From Candidatus Dojkabacteria bacterium (GTDB lineage: Bacteria; Patescibacteriota; Dojkabacteria; J137), in NCBI GenBank assembly GCA_039929105.1, contig JBDSRX010000016.1:1-54403 (forward strand): a DNA stretch of 54,403 nt. Reading direction: 5' to 3'. A program made the translations under genes and the position numbers. Below, in pieces: positions 46,619 through 53,999 of this stretch. Position 1 is the first letter of the stretch, and the number at the start of each line of letters is the position of its first letter. Below the pieces are notes generated by a model, which was not told the DNA's origin, ran no database searches, and was given only the letters and a program-made list of their open reading frames with translations.

Positions 46619-47905
46619 TTATTGTGCAATTGAAAGTTTAGTTTGTTCACCAGTTTCCATATTTTTAATAATTGCTTTACCACCTGCAACCTCGTTCTCG
46701 CCAATAAGCACAGTAAACGTTGCGTTAATTTTGTTCGCATACTCTAATGCCTTGCTCATTTTTTGAACATCAACTCCAGTAATTACATTCTTTCCTTCTG
46801 TTCTTAGCCTCCTCGCAATATCGAGCACAGCAAACCCATCGCCGCCCTCGATCTGTGGAACATAGTATAGTCTCTCTTTTTTGCTGTCCAAAACTTTGTC
46901 TAAAAGTTTCCAGGATTCTAAGAAAATTCTAATAGGTTCATCCCCAGGAGCGCAACCAACTGCTGGGAAACTCTTACTTCCAAAAATTCCAGCTAAACCA
47001 TTGTATCTTCCACCACCAAAAAGAGACCGGCCGTTTTTAGGGTCATTATCAAATACTTCAAAAACCATTCCATCGTAATAGTCGAAACCTCTAATAATGT
47101 TTGGTTGAAATTTTATCCACTCAGAGTAACCTAAATAATTTAAACTTTCGATTATTTCAACAATTTCTTTGTAACCCGCGTTCTCCGCAATCTCCGGAAA
47201 GTACTCTACAAGTTCGTCAGATGTTTTACTCTTAATGAATTTCAAAATATCTTCAACTTGTCTGTCCTCTACGGCGACAGTTTTTAATCTTGCAATCACC
47301 TCATCTGTAGAGAGTTTATCGAATTTGTCCAGTATCCTCACAACTTCGCTCTTCTGTTTTTCAGATAGTTTACATACTGTATCCAAAATGTAATCGATAA
47401 GTTTTCTGTTATTAATAAACATTGTGAAGGCTCCGCTTGGTGGTGCAAAAGACAACATAATCTCTAAAGAAATTTGTAAAATTTCAATATCTGCATTTGT
47501 AGACTCACTTCCAAATAAATCAAAATTTAATTGCCAAAATTCTCTATTTCGTCCTCTTTGAGGTTTTTGATATCTCATAAAGTTTGCAATTGAGAATAAT
47601 CTAATTGGCTTTGGTGAGCTCTCATAGAATCTTGTAACCATTCTAGTTACACTCGGAGTCATTTCTGGTCTAATTGCTAATTCGCCATCTTCCTTTTTAA
47701 TAGTTAGAAGTTCTGGACCTGCAACATCCTCTCCAGATTTTGCTCTGTAGATTTCTGCATTTTCAACAATAGGAGTTAAATATTCTTTGTATCCAAACTC
47801 TTCGCAAACTTTTCTCCAGTTGTCGAATATATATTTTCTTATTTTAAATTCCTCTGGGAACCAGTCATATGTTCCTTTAGGTGGTAAATTTGAGATCTTA
47901 TTCAT
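46619..47905 (-). CDS. hisS: Histidyl-tRNA synthetase
   Basis: AIRPEMTPS, GGGRYNGL, class II architecture with C-terminal anticodon-binding domain. Confidence 0.9.
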   Translation of the reverse strand: MNKISNLPPKGTYDWFPEEFKIRKYIFDNWRKVCEEFGYKEYLTPIVENAEIYRAKSGEDVAGPELLTIKKEDGELAIRPEMTPSVTRMVTRFYESSPKPIRLFSIANFMRYQKPQRGRNREFWQLNFDLFGSESTNADIEILQISLEIMLSFAPPSGAFTMFINNRKLIDYILDTVCKLSEKQKSEVVRILDKFDKLSTDEVIARLKTVAVEDRQVEDILKFIKSKTSDELVEYFPEIAENAGYKEIVEIIESLNYLGYSEWIKFQPNIIRGFDYYDGMVFEVFDNDPKNGRSLFGGGRYNGLAGIFGSKSFPAVGCAPGDEPIRIFLESWKLLDKVLDSKKERLYYVPQIEGGDGFAVLDIARRLRTEGKNVITGVDVQKMSKALEYANKINATFTVLIGENEVAGGKAIIKNMETGEQTKLSIAQ

Positions 47906-47943
47906 AAATTTTTTGTTAATTAATTAACTAATTATAACTTTTT

Positions 47944-47971
47944 TCATAAAGAAACCCTCCAAAAAGGAGGG
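47944..47971 (-). terminator. Intrinsic terminator upstream of the hisS promoter region
   Basis: ccctcc-aaaaa-ggaggg stem-loop followed on the minus strand by tttctttatg. Confidence 0.45.
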
Positions 47972-48080
47972 CTTAATTTTCTAGATATGGAAAATAACCC
48001 TCTTACTGAGAGTGGTTATGATTTAATATGTTTTTGTTTAATTTAATATTCATACTTAGTAATTATACCATGACATTCTC

Positions 48081-48113
48081 CCTTCTCCTATAGGAGAAGG
48101 TTAGGATGAGGTG
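48081..48113. repeat. Left inverted-repeat arm flanking the DUF559 gene
   Basis: ccttctcctataggagaaggttaggatgaggtg; itself contains the hairpin ccttctcc-tata-ggagaagg. Confidence 0.7.
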
Positions 48114-48461
48114 TCATTCATAAAATTAAAGATAGTTTGCAATGTATTGTCTAGAGAATTAGTAACCTCGAATTCAGTGAATCTAATCATTCTAAATCCT
48201 AATGACTTTAAATAGTTCTCTCTTTCCATATCATATTCAAACTTAATTTCGTCATGAGATGATCCATCAATTTCAATTATTAAATTTAGTTCCTCTGAAT
48301 AGAAATCAGCTATGTAATGACTTATTGGAACTTTTTGTCTAAATTTAATATTGTGAAATTGATGGTTTCTAACTTTAGACCAAAGTAGTTTTTCTGCAGG
48401 ATTTTGATTTTTTCTTAAATTCCTAGAAAACAGCTTTATTGCAGATGTAATTATTTTTCAT
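48101..48461 (-). pseudogene. DUF559 (Vsr-like) endonuclease-domain gene interrupted by a 1-nt shift in an A5 run after the ATG
   Basis: 361 nt from ATG to TAA. The ATG frame stops after 12 codons. The next frame reads SRNLRKNQNPAEKLLWSKVRNHQF...IADFYSEELNLIIEIDGSSHD...ERENYLKSLGFRMIRF. Removing one A gives an intact 119-aa ORF. Confidence 0.7.
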
Positions 48462-48464
48462 TTT

Positions 48465-48496
48465 CACCTCACCCTACCCTCTCCTCAAGGAGAGGG
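48465..48496. repeat. Right inverted-repeat arm flanking the DUF559 gene
   Basis: cacctcaccctaccctctcctcaaggagaggg; about 27 of 33 positions complementary to the left arm; contains the hairpin ccctctcc-tcaa-ggagaggg. Confidence 0.7.
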
Positions 48497-48500
48497 CTAT

Positions 48501-49448
48501 TTATTCTTTGACGAATTTAGAAATAAAGAATCCATTCCATTCCTCATTTGGTAAAACTCTAACAGTTTTATCTAAACTTTTGTCCATTTTCTTATCATTC
48601 CATACTACTCTACCCTTTTCTACATTAGAGATCGGAAGTTCTATTTCGACTAACTTAACATCAGGCCATCTTTTTAATGCCCAATCTACAACTTGCTCAT
48701 TCTCCTCTACGCTGTACGTACAAGTAGAATAAACTAATGTTCCTCCTTTTTTTAACAATTTTAATGCACTATTTAATAACCCTTTTTGTAATTTAGAAAG
48801 TTTTCTTGCTTCTTTTTCACTCCAATATTTCATTCCAGATTCACTTGCTAGATTAAGAGATCCCTCGTTAGAACAAGGAGCATCTACTAAAATTTTATCA
48901 AAACTTTCAATAAGATCTGGTAATTTTTTTGCAACTAAATTCGCATCCATTAGAATTTCTCTAACATTTTTTACACCTTGATTATCAAGCAGCTCCTTCA
49001 TTTTGAAGAATCTATTCCTACCTTTTTCCACTGCAGTTATCTTGCTTTCGTTGTTAGTAAGTGCTGCAATTAGACCAGTTTTACTACCTGGAGCAGCACA
49101 AAAATCAAGGATCTGTTCGTCTTTTTGAGGATTTAATACTAAAACAGGAAGCATGCTTGCTAATTCTTGAATGTAAATTAAATTACTTTCAAAAACGTTG
49201 CTTTTGCTTATGGTCTTATCATTCGGAGATTTTGCAGAAATATACCCAAAAGAAATTTCGCTTTTTTTAACAAGAAAATTATTCTTTTCTAGTAATTTAA
49301 TTACGTCATCTTCGTTGGTCAATAAGGTGTTCACCCTAAAGGTTTTAGGCTTGTTGACCTTATGTGATGCAATAACATTCTCCCAATTTGATGGGTAAAT
49401 TTTTTTTATTTTTTCTACAAAATCTTTTTCTTTATCGGTAGTGTGCAT
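48501..49448 (-). CDS. RsmB/NOP2/Sun-family RNA m5C methyltransferase
   Basis: DFCAAPGSKT, DAPCSNEG, YSTCT motifs. Confidence 0.85.
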   Translation of the reverse strand: MHTTDKEKDFVEKIKKIYPSNWENVIASHKVNKPKTFRVNTLLTNEDDVIKLLEKNNFLVKKSEISFGYISAKSPNDKTISKSNVFESNLIYIQELASMLPVLVLNPQKDEQILDFCAAPGSKTGLIAALTNNESKITAVEKGRNRFFKMKELLDNQGVKNVREILMDANLVAKKLPDLIESFDKILVDAPCSNEGSLNLASESGMKYWSEKEARKLSKLQKGLLNSALKLLKKGGTLVYSTCTYSVEENEQVVDWALKRWPDVKLVEIELPISNVEKGRVVWNDKKMDKSLDKTVRVLPNEEWNGFFISKFVKE

Positions 49449-49664
49449 AATCGTTTTAAATACATGCTAATGATAACATTTTAGTGCAAATTTCTTAGAA
49501 ATATTTTAGAAAATTTATTCACTTTGCATATTGGGATATGCTCATATTCATTTACATACAGATCTTAGAGTTATGTTCTAAGGATGTTGACAATAATATA
49601 AATATACTACACAATATAGCTAAGTCCTCTAAAAAAGGAAAAATATTTTTTATTTAGAAACATA

Positions 49665-49829
49665 ATGGCACCAGCAAAAAAGAAAAAAGTAGTTGCAAAG
49701 AGCAAAGCTACTAAGGTAAAGAAAGTAGTAAAGTCTGCAGCTAAGAAAGTAAAGAAAGTAGTTAAATCTGTTAAAAAAGCAGTTAAATCAACTAAGAAGA
49801 AATCTACTGCAAAGAAAGGAAAGAAATAA
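49665..49829 (+). CDS. Lys/Ala/Val-rich histone-H1-like basic protein, 54 aa (absent from ORF track)
   Basis: Hand translation MAPAKKKKVVAKSKATKVKKVVKSAAKKVKKVVKSVKKAVKSTKKKSTAKKGKK; followed by two terminator hairpins. Confidence 0.6.
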   Translation: MAPAKKKKVVAKSKATKVKKVVKSAAKKVKKVVKSVKKAVKSTKKKSTAKKGKK

Positions 49830-49852
49830 GCTCTTTTATTAGAGCCTTTTTT
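49830..49852 (+). terminator. Intrinsic terminator
   Basis: gctct-tttatt-agagc followed by cttttttag. Confidence 0.6.
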
Positions 49853-49868
49853 AGCACTTTTGGCAATT

Positions 49869-49900
49869 AAAAAATCCCGATAATACGGGATTTTTGTTTT
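49869..49900. terminator. Bidirectional intrinsic terminator
   Basis: aaaaaatcccg-ataata-cgggattttt with gtttt after it; serves the convergent 49999-51306 gene as well. Confidence 0.7.
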
Positions 49901-49998
49901 CGAGTTTCTTTATTCGAATTTCGATATTTAGTTAACTGCTACTTATACAATAGTGCCACTCTGTTTTGTGTGACTGCCAAGAAATAATATAGGTGGTA

Positions 49999-51306
49999 TT
50001 ATTTCCTAAACACTCCAATCAACCATTTGTGACTCTTGTGTGTTCTATCGATTCTTACTAATTTCAATCCTGCCTTCTCTGCTCTTTCTGTTAATTCTTG
50101 TTCTGAGAACAAATGGTAGAATCTATCGAGTGTTGCGTAGCTTTTCTTTTCTTTCTCCATAATTTCACCTTGTCCTTCTCTAACAATGCAATAAAATACT
50201 CCACCTTCAACAAGAGAGTCTGCAATTTTCTTAAATACTCCATCTAATTTATTTCCTTTAATGTGATGTATTGCATCTCTAGACCAAATTCCTTTATAGT
50301 GTTCTTTTTCTAAATCGTAATTAGCAATATCTGCATTAGCGATTTTACTGCTTGGATTTTCTAATCTAGCAATTTCAACAAATCTTTTAGAAATATCAAT
50401 TCCATCTACAACATATTTTTGCCCTAAATAAGCCATATCTTGTCCTGGACCACAACCAATATCAATAACTCTCGCAGGAGCATTAATCATTGTCATAAAT
50501 TCATCTAACTGCTCTTGGGATACTAATTTACCAACTCTAGAAGAATGGTATTCTGCTGCAACATTTTCGTAAACTTGTGCAGATTTATCAAATCTACTAT
50601 TAATTAAAAAAGCAGTCTCGTTACTATCTCCTTTTTTACCATCCACTTTACAATGAGCAAACATTATTTCGAAAGATTTAATTAGATCATGTAATTCTTG
50701 AGGTGTCCTTGCTCTGTGTAGAACTGCTAATTCAATCTCATCAATGTTCATCGCCTTTTGGAAAGCTTCGATTAATTCGTCCCAAAAGTCTCCATAAAGA
50801 ACAACCGGTTTGTGGCATCCATAATAAAGTTTTGCTAAACACCAAACTAATCCAAATTCAGAAATTGTTCCAGTTCCTCCCTTACAAACAACAAAACAAT
50901 CACCTCGTTCTATTAAACCAAAAGTTCTCATTACGTAATTAGATTCTGCAGTAGAAGAATCTACAATATTCTCTAAATTCTTTCCTTCAAAAAAACCAGC
51001 AAGTTTTGGTTCCCAATACACAGCAATAGTTGTTCCATCTACAGACTCAGCTCCATCAGTTGCAGCTTTCATAATTCCTGGGCCACCTCCGTCTACAATT
51101 GTATAACCATCTTTTGCTAGTATTTTTGCGCTTTCCCTAACACTTTCGTAAATTGAGTCTCCTTCTGGGATTGCAGCGTCTCCAAAAAATGTGATATTTT
51201 GAATTATTCTTCCTTCAGGAATTGCTGGTTTTTGTTCTTTAATTTCCTGTTCCTCTTTCTTTTGTTCTGCTTCAGGTTTCTTTTTAAGTTCAACGTATGT
51301 AGGCAT
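49999..51306 (-). CDS. Fusion protein: LOG/TIGR00730-family Rossmann domain + class I SAM-dependent methyltransferase
   Basis: N-terminal half GGGPGIMKAATDGA and KGGTGTISEFG (PGGxGTxxE-type); C-terminal half VIDIGCGPGQD methyltransferase motif I. Confidence 0.75.
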   Translation of the reverse strand: MPTYVELKKKPEAEQKKEEQEIKEQKPAIPEGRIIQNITFFGDAAIPEGDSIYESVRESAKILAKDGYTIVDGGGPGIMKAATDGAESVDGTTIAVYWEPKLAGFFEGKNLENIVDSSTAESNYVMRTFGLIERGDCFVVCKGGTGTISEFGLVWCLAKLYYGCHKPVVLYGDFWDELIEAFQKAMNIDEIELAVLHRARTPQELHDLIKSFEIMFAHCKVDGKKGDSNETAFLINSRFDKSAQVYENVAAEYHSSRVGKLVSQEQLDEFMTMINAPARVIDIGCGPGQDMAYLGQKYVVDGIDISKRFVEIARLENPSSKIANADIANYDLEKEHYKGIWSRDAIHHIKGNKLDGVFKKIADSLVEGGVFYCIVREGQGEIMEKEKKSYATLDRFYHLFSEQELTERAEKAGLKLVRIDRTHKSHKWLIGVFRK

Positions 51307-51334
51307 GTGTTCTTAATTAACTTTAAATTAAATT

Positions 51335-51985
51335 TTATACCAATGCTTCTTCTAATTTTTTTAAATCTCCTGCAACATCAGAACTTTTACTAAAATAAGA
51401 TCCTACACTTACTCGATCAATAGGAAATTTCTTAATAGTTTCTGCCGTTTCTAAATTTACTCCTCCATCAATACTTATAATTCCTTTAAATCCTTTTTCT
51501 CTTAACTTTTTTGCCTTTTCTAATGCTTTAATTTGAAATCCTTCTCCTTGGTATCCAACTTCAACAGTCATTAATTGAACTTCAGAATATTTTGAGTAAA
51601 AATTTAAAGATTCTAAAATAGATTCAACTTCCAAGGTAGCAGCTATTTTATTTCTTCCCAAAAGAGTAAAGATTTGATTATCTACTCTACTCTCTTGATG
51701 GATAATAAATCTCAGATTCTTAAACACAGTACTAGTAACAGCTTTCTTGATTTCCTCAAGGGGAGATTCAGTCATTAAATGGATGTTAAAAAAATTCTTT
51801 GGATACTTTTCTAATAATTTAATAAAGTCCTCTACTGCAACAGTAACTTTACCTTTAAAGTTATCAACTTTTACATTTACATCAATATCTATAACATCAA
51901 ACAATGTTGAGTATTGCTGTAATTGAGTTTCAAACTCTTCTATCTTGTGTGTAAGTATTGCTGGACAAATCTTAATCATATGCAA
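51335..51985 (-). CDS. Ribulose-phosphate 3-epimerase-like TIM-barrel protein (divergent)
   Basis: ICPAILT, IDIDV, NIHLM, VQLMTVEVGYQGEGF and ISIDGGVN line up with Rpe motifs IAPSILS, H.DVMD, HLMV, MSVNPGFGGQ.F and VDGG. Confidence 0.55.
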   Translation of the reverse strand: MHMIKICPAILTHKIEEFETQLQQYSTLFDVIDIDVNVKVDNFKGKVTVAVEDFIKLLEKYPKNFFNIHLMTESPLEEIKKAVTSTVFKNLRFIIHQESRVDNQIFTLLGRNKIAATLEVESILESLNFYSKYSEVQLMTVEVGYQGEGFQIKALEKAKKLREKGFKGIISIDGGVNLETAETIKKFPIDRVSVGSYFSKSSDVAGDLKKLEEALV

Positions 51986-52053
51986 AATTTGTAATTCAAT
52001 AATGGATCATATTGCTCTATAATTTAGTTTAAACATATCTTAAAGTCAAATTT

Positions 52054-52725
52054 GTGTCACCTAAAAGGTTTAGAATATATACAATCTGCTATCTAATTGC
52101 CTTAATAATATTTATTTCAAATATTTTTGGATCACTATCGCAATCATTTTTTTTCTTAGCATTTGCTGCATCCTCTTTTTTCTTAGTTTTCACTTTCGAA
52201 GCATTACCAAAAGATGAAGGAGATTTAGATCAACCAGAATTACATTTTTATCAAAAAAGTAGATTAAATTCGTACTCTTATTGGATGATGATTCTGTTTG
52301 TATGCACTGCTCTATTCTACTATATTCTTACAGGAATATTCCAAATGAATGCTGGAATTGCAATTGGAATCTTATGGGCAGGATGCCTTGTTTTAACACA
52401 AGTAATTTTTAGAAAAACAGCACCGAATATACCTTTCGAATTAATTTATGATTATTTAAGAAGAGATTTGGATATAAACCCATCTTATGAAGAAGATAAA
52501 TTAATAAACGAACTTATTAGATCTCTATTACCAACACTTTATGGAGATAGATCTAAAAAGGAAATTGAAAGATTTGAGAAAGAATTCGACAAAAAAGGTT
52601 TAAATAAAGTATTCTTCGAAAAAGCTGTTGCCTCAATTGAGGAATACCTAGATCTCACTAAAGATAAACTCACTTCAAACGAAGTTGCAGAGTTAGAAAT
52701 TTCAAAACATTCTGAAAAGGAATAG
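52054..52725 (+). CDS. Hypothetical membrane protein (GTG start)
   Basis: Four hydrophobic segments then a charged helical C-terminal region. Confidence 0.45.
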   Translation: MSPKRFRIYTICYLIALIIFISNIFGSLSQSFFFLAFAASSFFLVFTFEALPKDEGDLDQPELHFYQKSRLNSYSYWMMILFVCTALFYYILTGIFQMNAGIAIGILWAGCLVLTQVIFRKTAPNIPFELIYDYLRRDLDINPSYEEDKLINELIRSLLPTLYGDRSKKEIERFEKEFDKKGLNKVFFEKAVASIEEYLDLTKDKLTSNEVAELEISKHSEKE

Positions 52726-52729
52726 CCAG

Positions 52730-52738
52730 TGGTATAAT
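52730..52738 (+). promoter_or_regulatory. Extended -10 box (TGgTATAAT) 6 nt before the sufU ATG
   Basis: tggtataat + atcacc + ATG(52745). Confidence 0.45.
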
Positions 52739-52744
52739 ATCACC

Positions 52745-53116
52745 ATGACAGAAGCTCAAGAAGTGATTTTACAAAATTATAAAGAACCAAGTAACTTTGG
52801 TGAACCTTCATGGTCTCCTACTTCTACATCTAAAATGCAAAATTTAACATGTGGAGATGAAGTAACAATGTACATACAAATAGAAGATGAAAAGGTTAAA
52901 AATATAGCATTTACTGGAGAAGGCTGCTCTATTTCAATTGCAACTGCCTCTATACTTTCTCAAGAACTTCAAAATAAGACTTTAAATGACGTTCTAAAGT
53001 ACTCCGAAAACGAGCTTATTGACCTTTTAGGCATCGAACTTACTACATCTCGTAGAAATTGTGCTCTGATCTCTCTCGAGGCAATAAAAGAGGCCGTACG
53101 ATCAAATATCAAATAA
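52745..53116 (+). CDS. sufU: SufU/IscU-like Fe-S cluster assembly scaffold
   Basis: NLTCGDEVTMYI, FTGEGCSISIATAS, RRNCALISLEAIK (three conserved Cys). Confidence 0.85.
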   Translation: MTEAQEVILQNYKEPSNFGEPSWSPTSTSKMQNLTCGDEVTMYIQIEDEKVKNIAFTGEGCSISIATASILSQELQNKTLNDVLKYSENELIDLLGIELTTSRRNCALISLEAIKEAVRSNIK

Positions 53117-53139
53117 CAAATATCAAATTTCCAACTTTA

Positions 53140-53525
53140 AATCATCCCGAGCGAAGTCGAGGGATCACTCTGCTAAATTCACCAAATCCTTATTCATCAT
53201 ATTTATCAATTTCAGTTTTTTCACTCTGCTCCATCTCTTAATTTGTCTTTCTCTTACAAAAGCAGATCTCCAATCTAGATAGGTTTCATAAAATACTAAT
53301 TTATTTACATTATATTTAGATGTAAATCCTTTGAACTTTCTGTAGTAATGCTCTGAAACTCTTTTCTCAAGACTATAAGTCATACCAGTGTATAGAACTG
53401 AATTATTTTTATTAGTGAGAATGTAAACATAATACATTGTCGAATCCTACTTTAACTTTCATAGAATCTCATTGTAGTAAGGTACAAATATTGAGAGAGA
53501 TCCCTCGACTTCGCTCGGGATGATT
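53140..53525. mobile_element. GIY-YIG gene cassette bounded by perfect 27-bp inverted repeats
   Basis: aatcatcccgagcgaagtcgagggatc (53140-53166) is the exact reverse complement of gatccctcgacttcgctcgggatgatt (53499-53525); each arm is itself a hairpin (atccc...gggat). Confidence 0.6.
53165..53437 (-). CDS. GIY-YIG nuclease superfamily protein (UPF0213/YhbQ-like), 90 aa
   Basis: YYVYILTN...VLYTGMT..LEKRVSEH...FYE...A...E.QIK.WSR. Confidence 0.85.
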   Translation of the reverse strand: MYYVYILTNKNNSVLYTGMTYSLEKRVSEHYYRKFKGFTSKYNVNKLVFYETYLDWRSAFVRERQIKRWSRVKKLKLINMMNKDLVNLAE

Positions 53526-53561
53526 CAGAATTGTTTTGAGAGAGACTCCTCTACTTAAGCC

Positions 53562-53591
53562 AAAAAAAAGACTCCGATTGCTCGGAGTCTT
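53562..53591 (-). terminator. Intrinsic terminator downstream of hup
   Basis: aagactccg-attgct-cggagtctt followed on the minus strand by TTTTTTTT. Confidence 0.8.
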
Positions 53592-53614
53592 ACGTAAACA
53601 ATTAGAGAGTTAGA

Positions 53615-53887
53615 TTATTTAACCATGTCTCTGAATTGCTTTCCTGGTCTGAATCTTGGTACTGATTTTGCAGGAACCTTAACTGGAGCTCCAGTTTTTG
53701 GGTTTCTCTTTGTACTTGCCTTTCTTTTTACAGCAAGGAAAGTTCCAAAATTAGTAAGTGTAAGTGTGTCTCCACCCTTAACTGTTGTTACTACACCTTC
53801 GATGATTGCATCTAGTGATGTTGCAACGTCCTTTTTTGTCATACCTGTTTTGTTTGCAACCCAGTTGACTAAGTCTGCTTTATTCAT
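53615..53887 (-). CDS. hup: HU-family DNA-binding protein
   Basis: MNKADLVNWVANKTGMTKKDV...RNPKTGAPVKVPAKSVPRFRPGKQF; start set at the internal ATG 53887. Confidence 0.9.
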   Translation of the reverse strand: MNKADLVNWVANKTGMTKKDVATSLDAIIEGVVTTVKGGDTLTLTNFGTFLAVKRKASTKRNPKTGAPVKVPAKSVPRFRPGKQFRDMVK

Positions 53888-53944
53888 TTTAAATGAATAA
53901 TAAATAAAATACTCGGAAAGCAATTGCTTACTTTCGATTACCTT

Positions 53945-53973
53945 AGTTTATGACTTCTCTATTCAAGTGTCAA
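53945..53973 (-). promoter_or_regulatory. Sigma-70-like promoter TTGACA-N17-TAAACT for hup
   Basis: Minus strand reads ttgaca-cttgaatagagaagtca-taaact; same box sequences and spacing as the 37973 promoter. Confidence 0.5.
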
Positions 53974-53999
53974 TATCTTAGTATTCTTTGTACTGAATT

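Noticed and set aside
53888-53923. 12-codon N-terminal extension of hup (MLSEYFIYYSFK)
   Set aside because: HU proteins begin at MNK.. and the extension overlaps the predicted 5' UTR palindrome.
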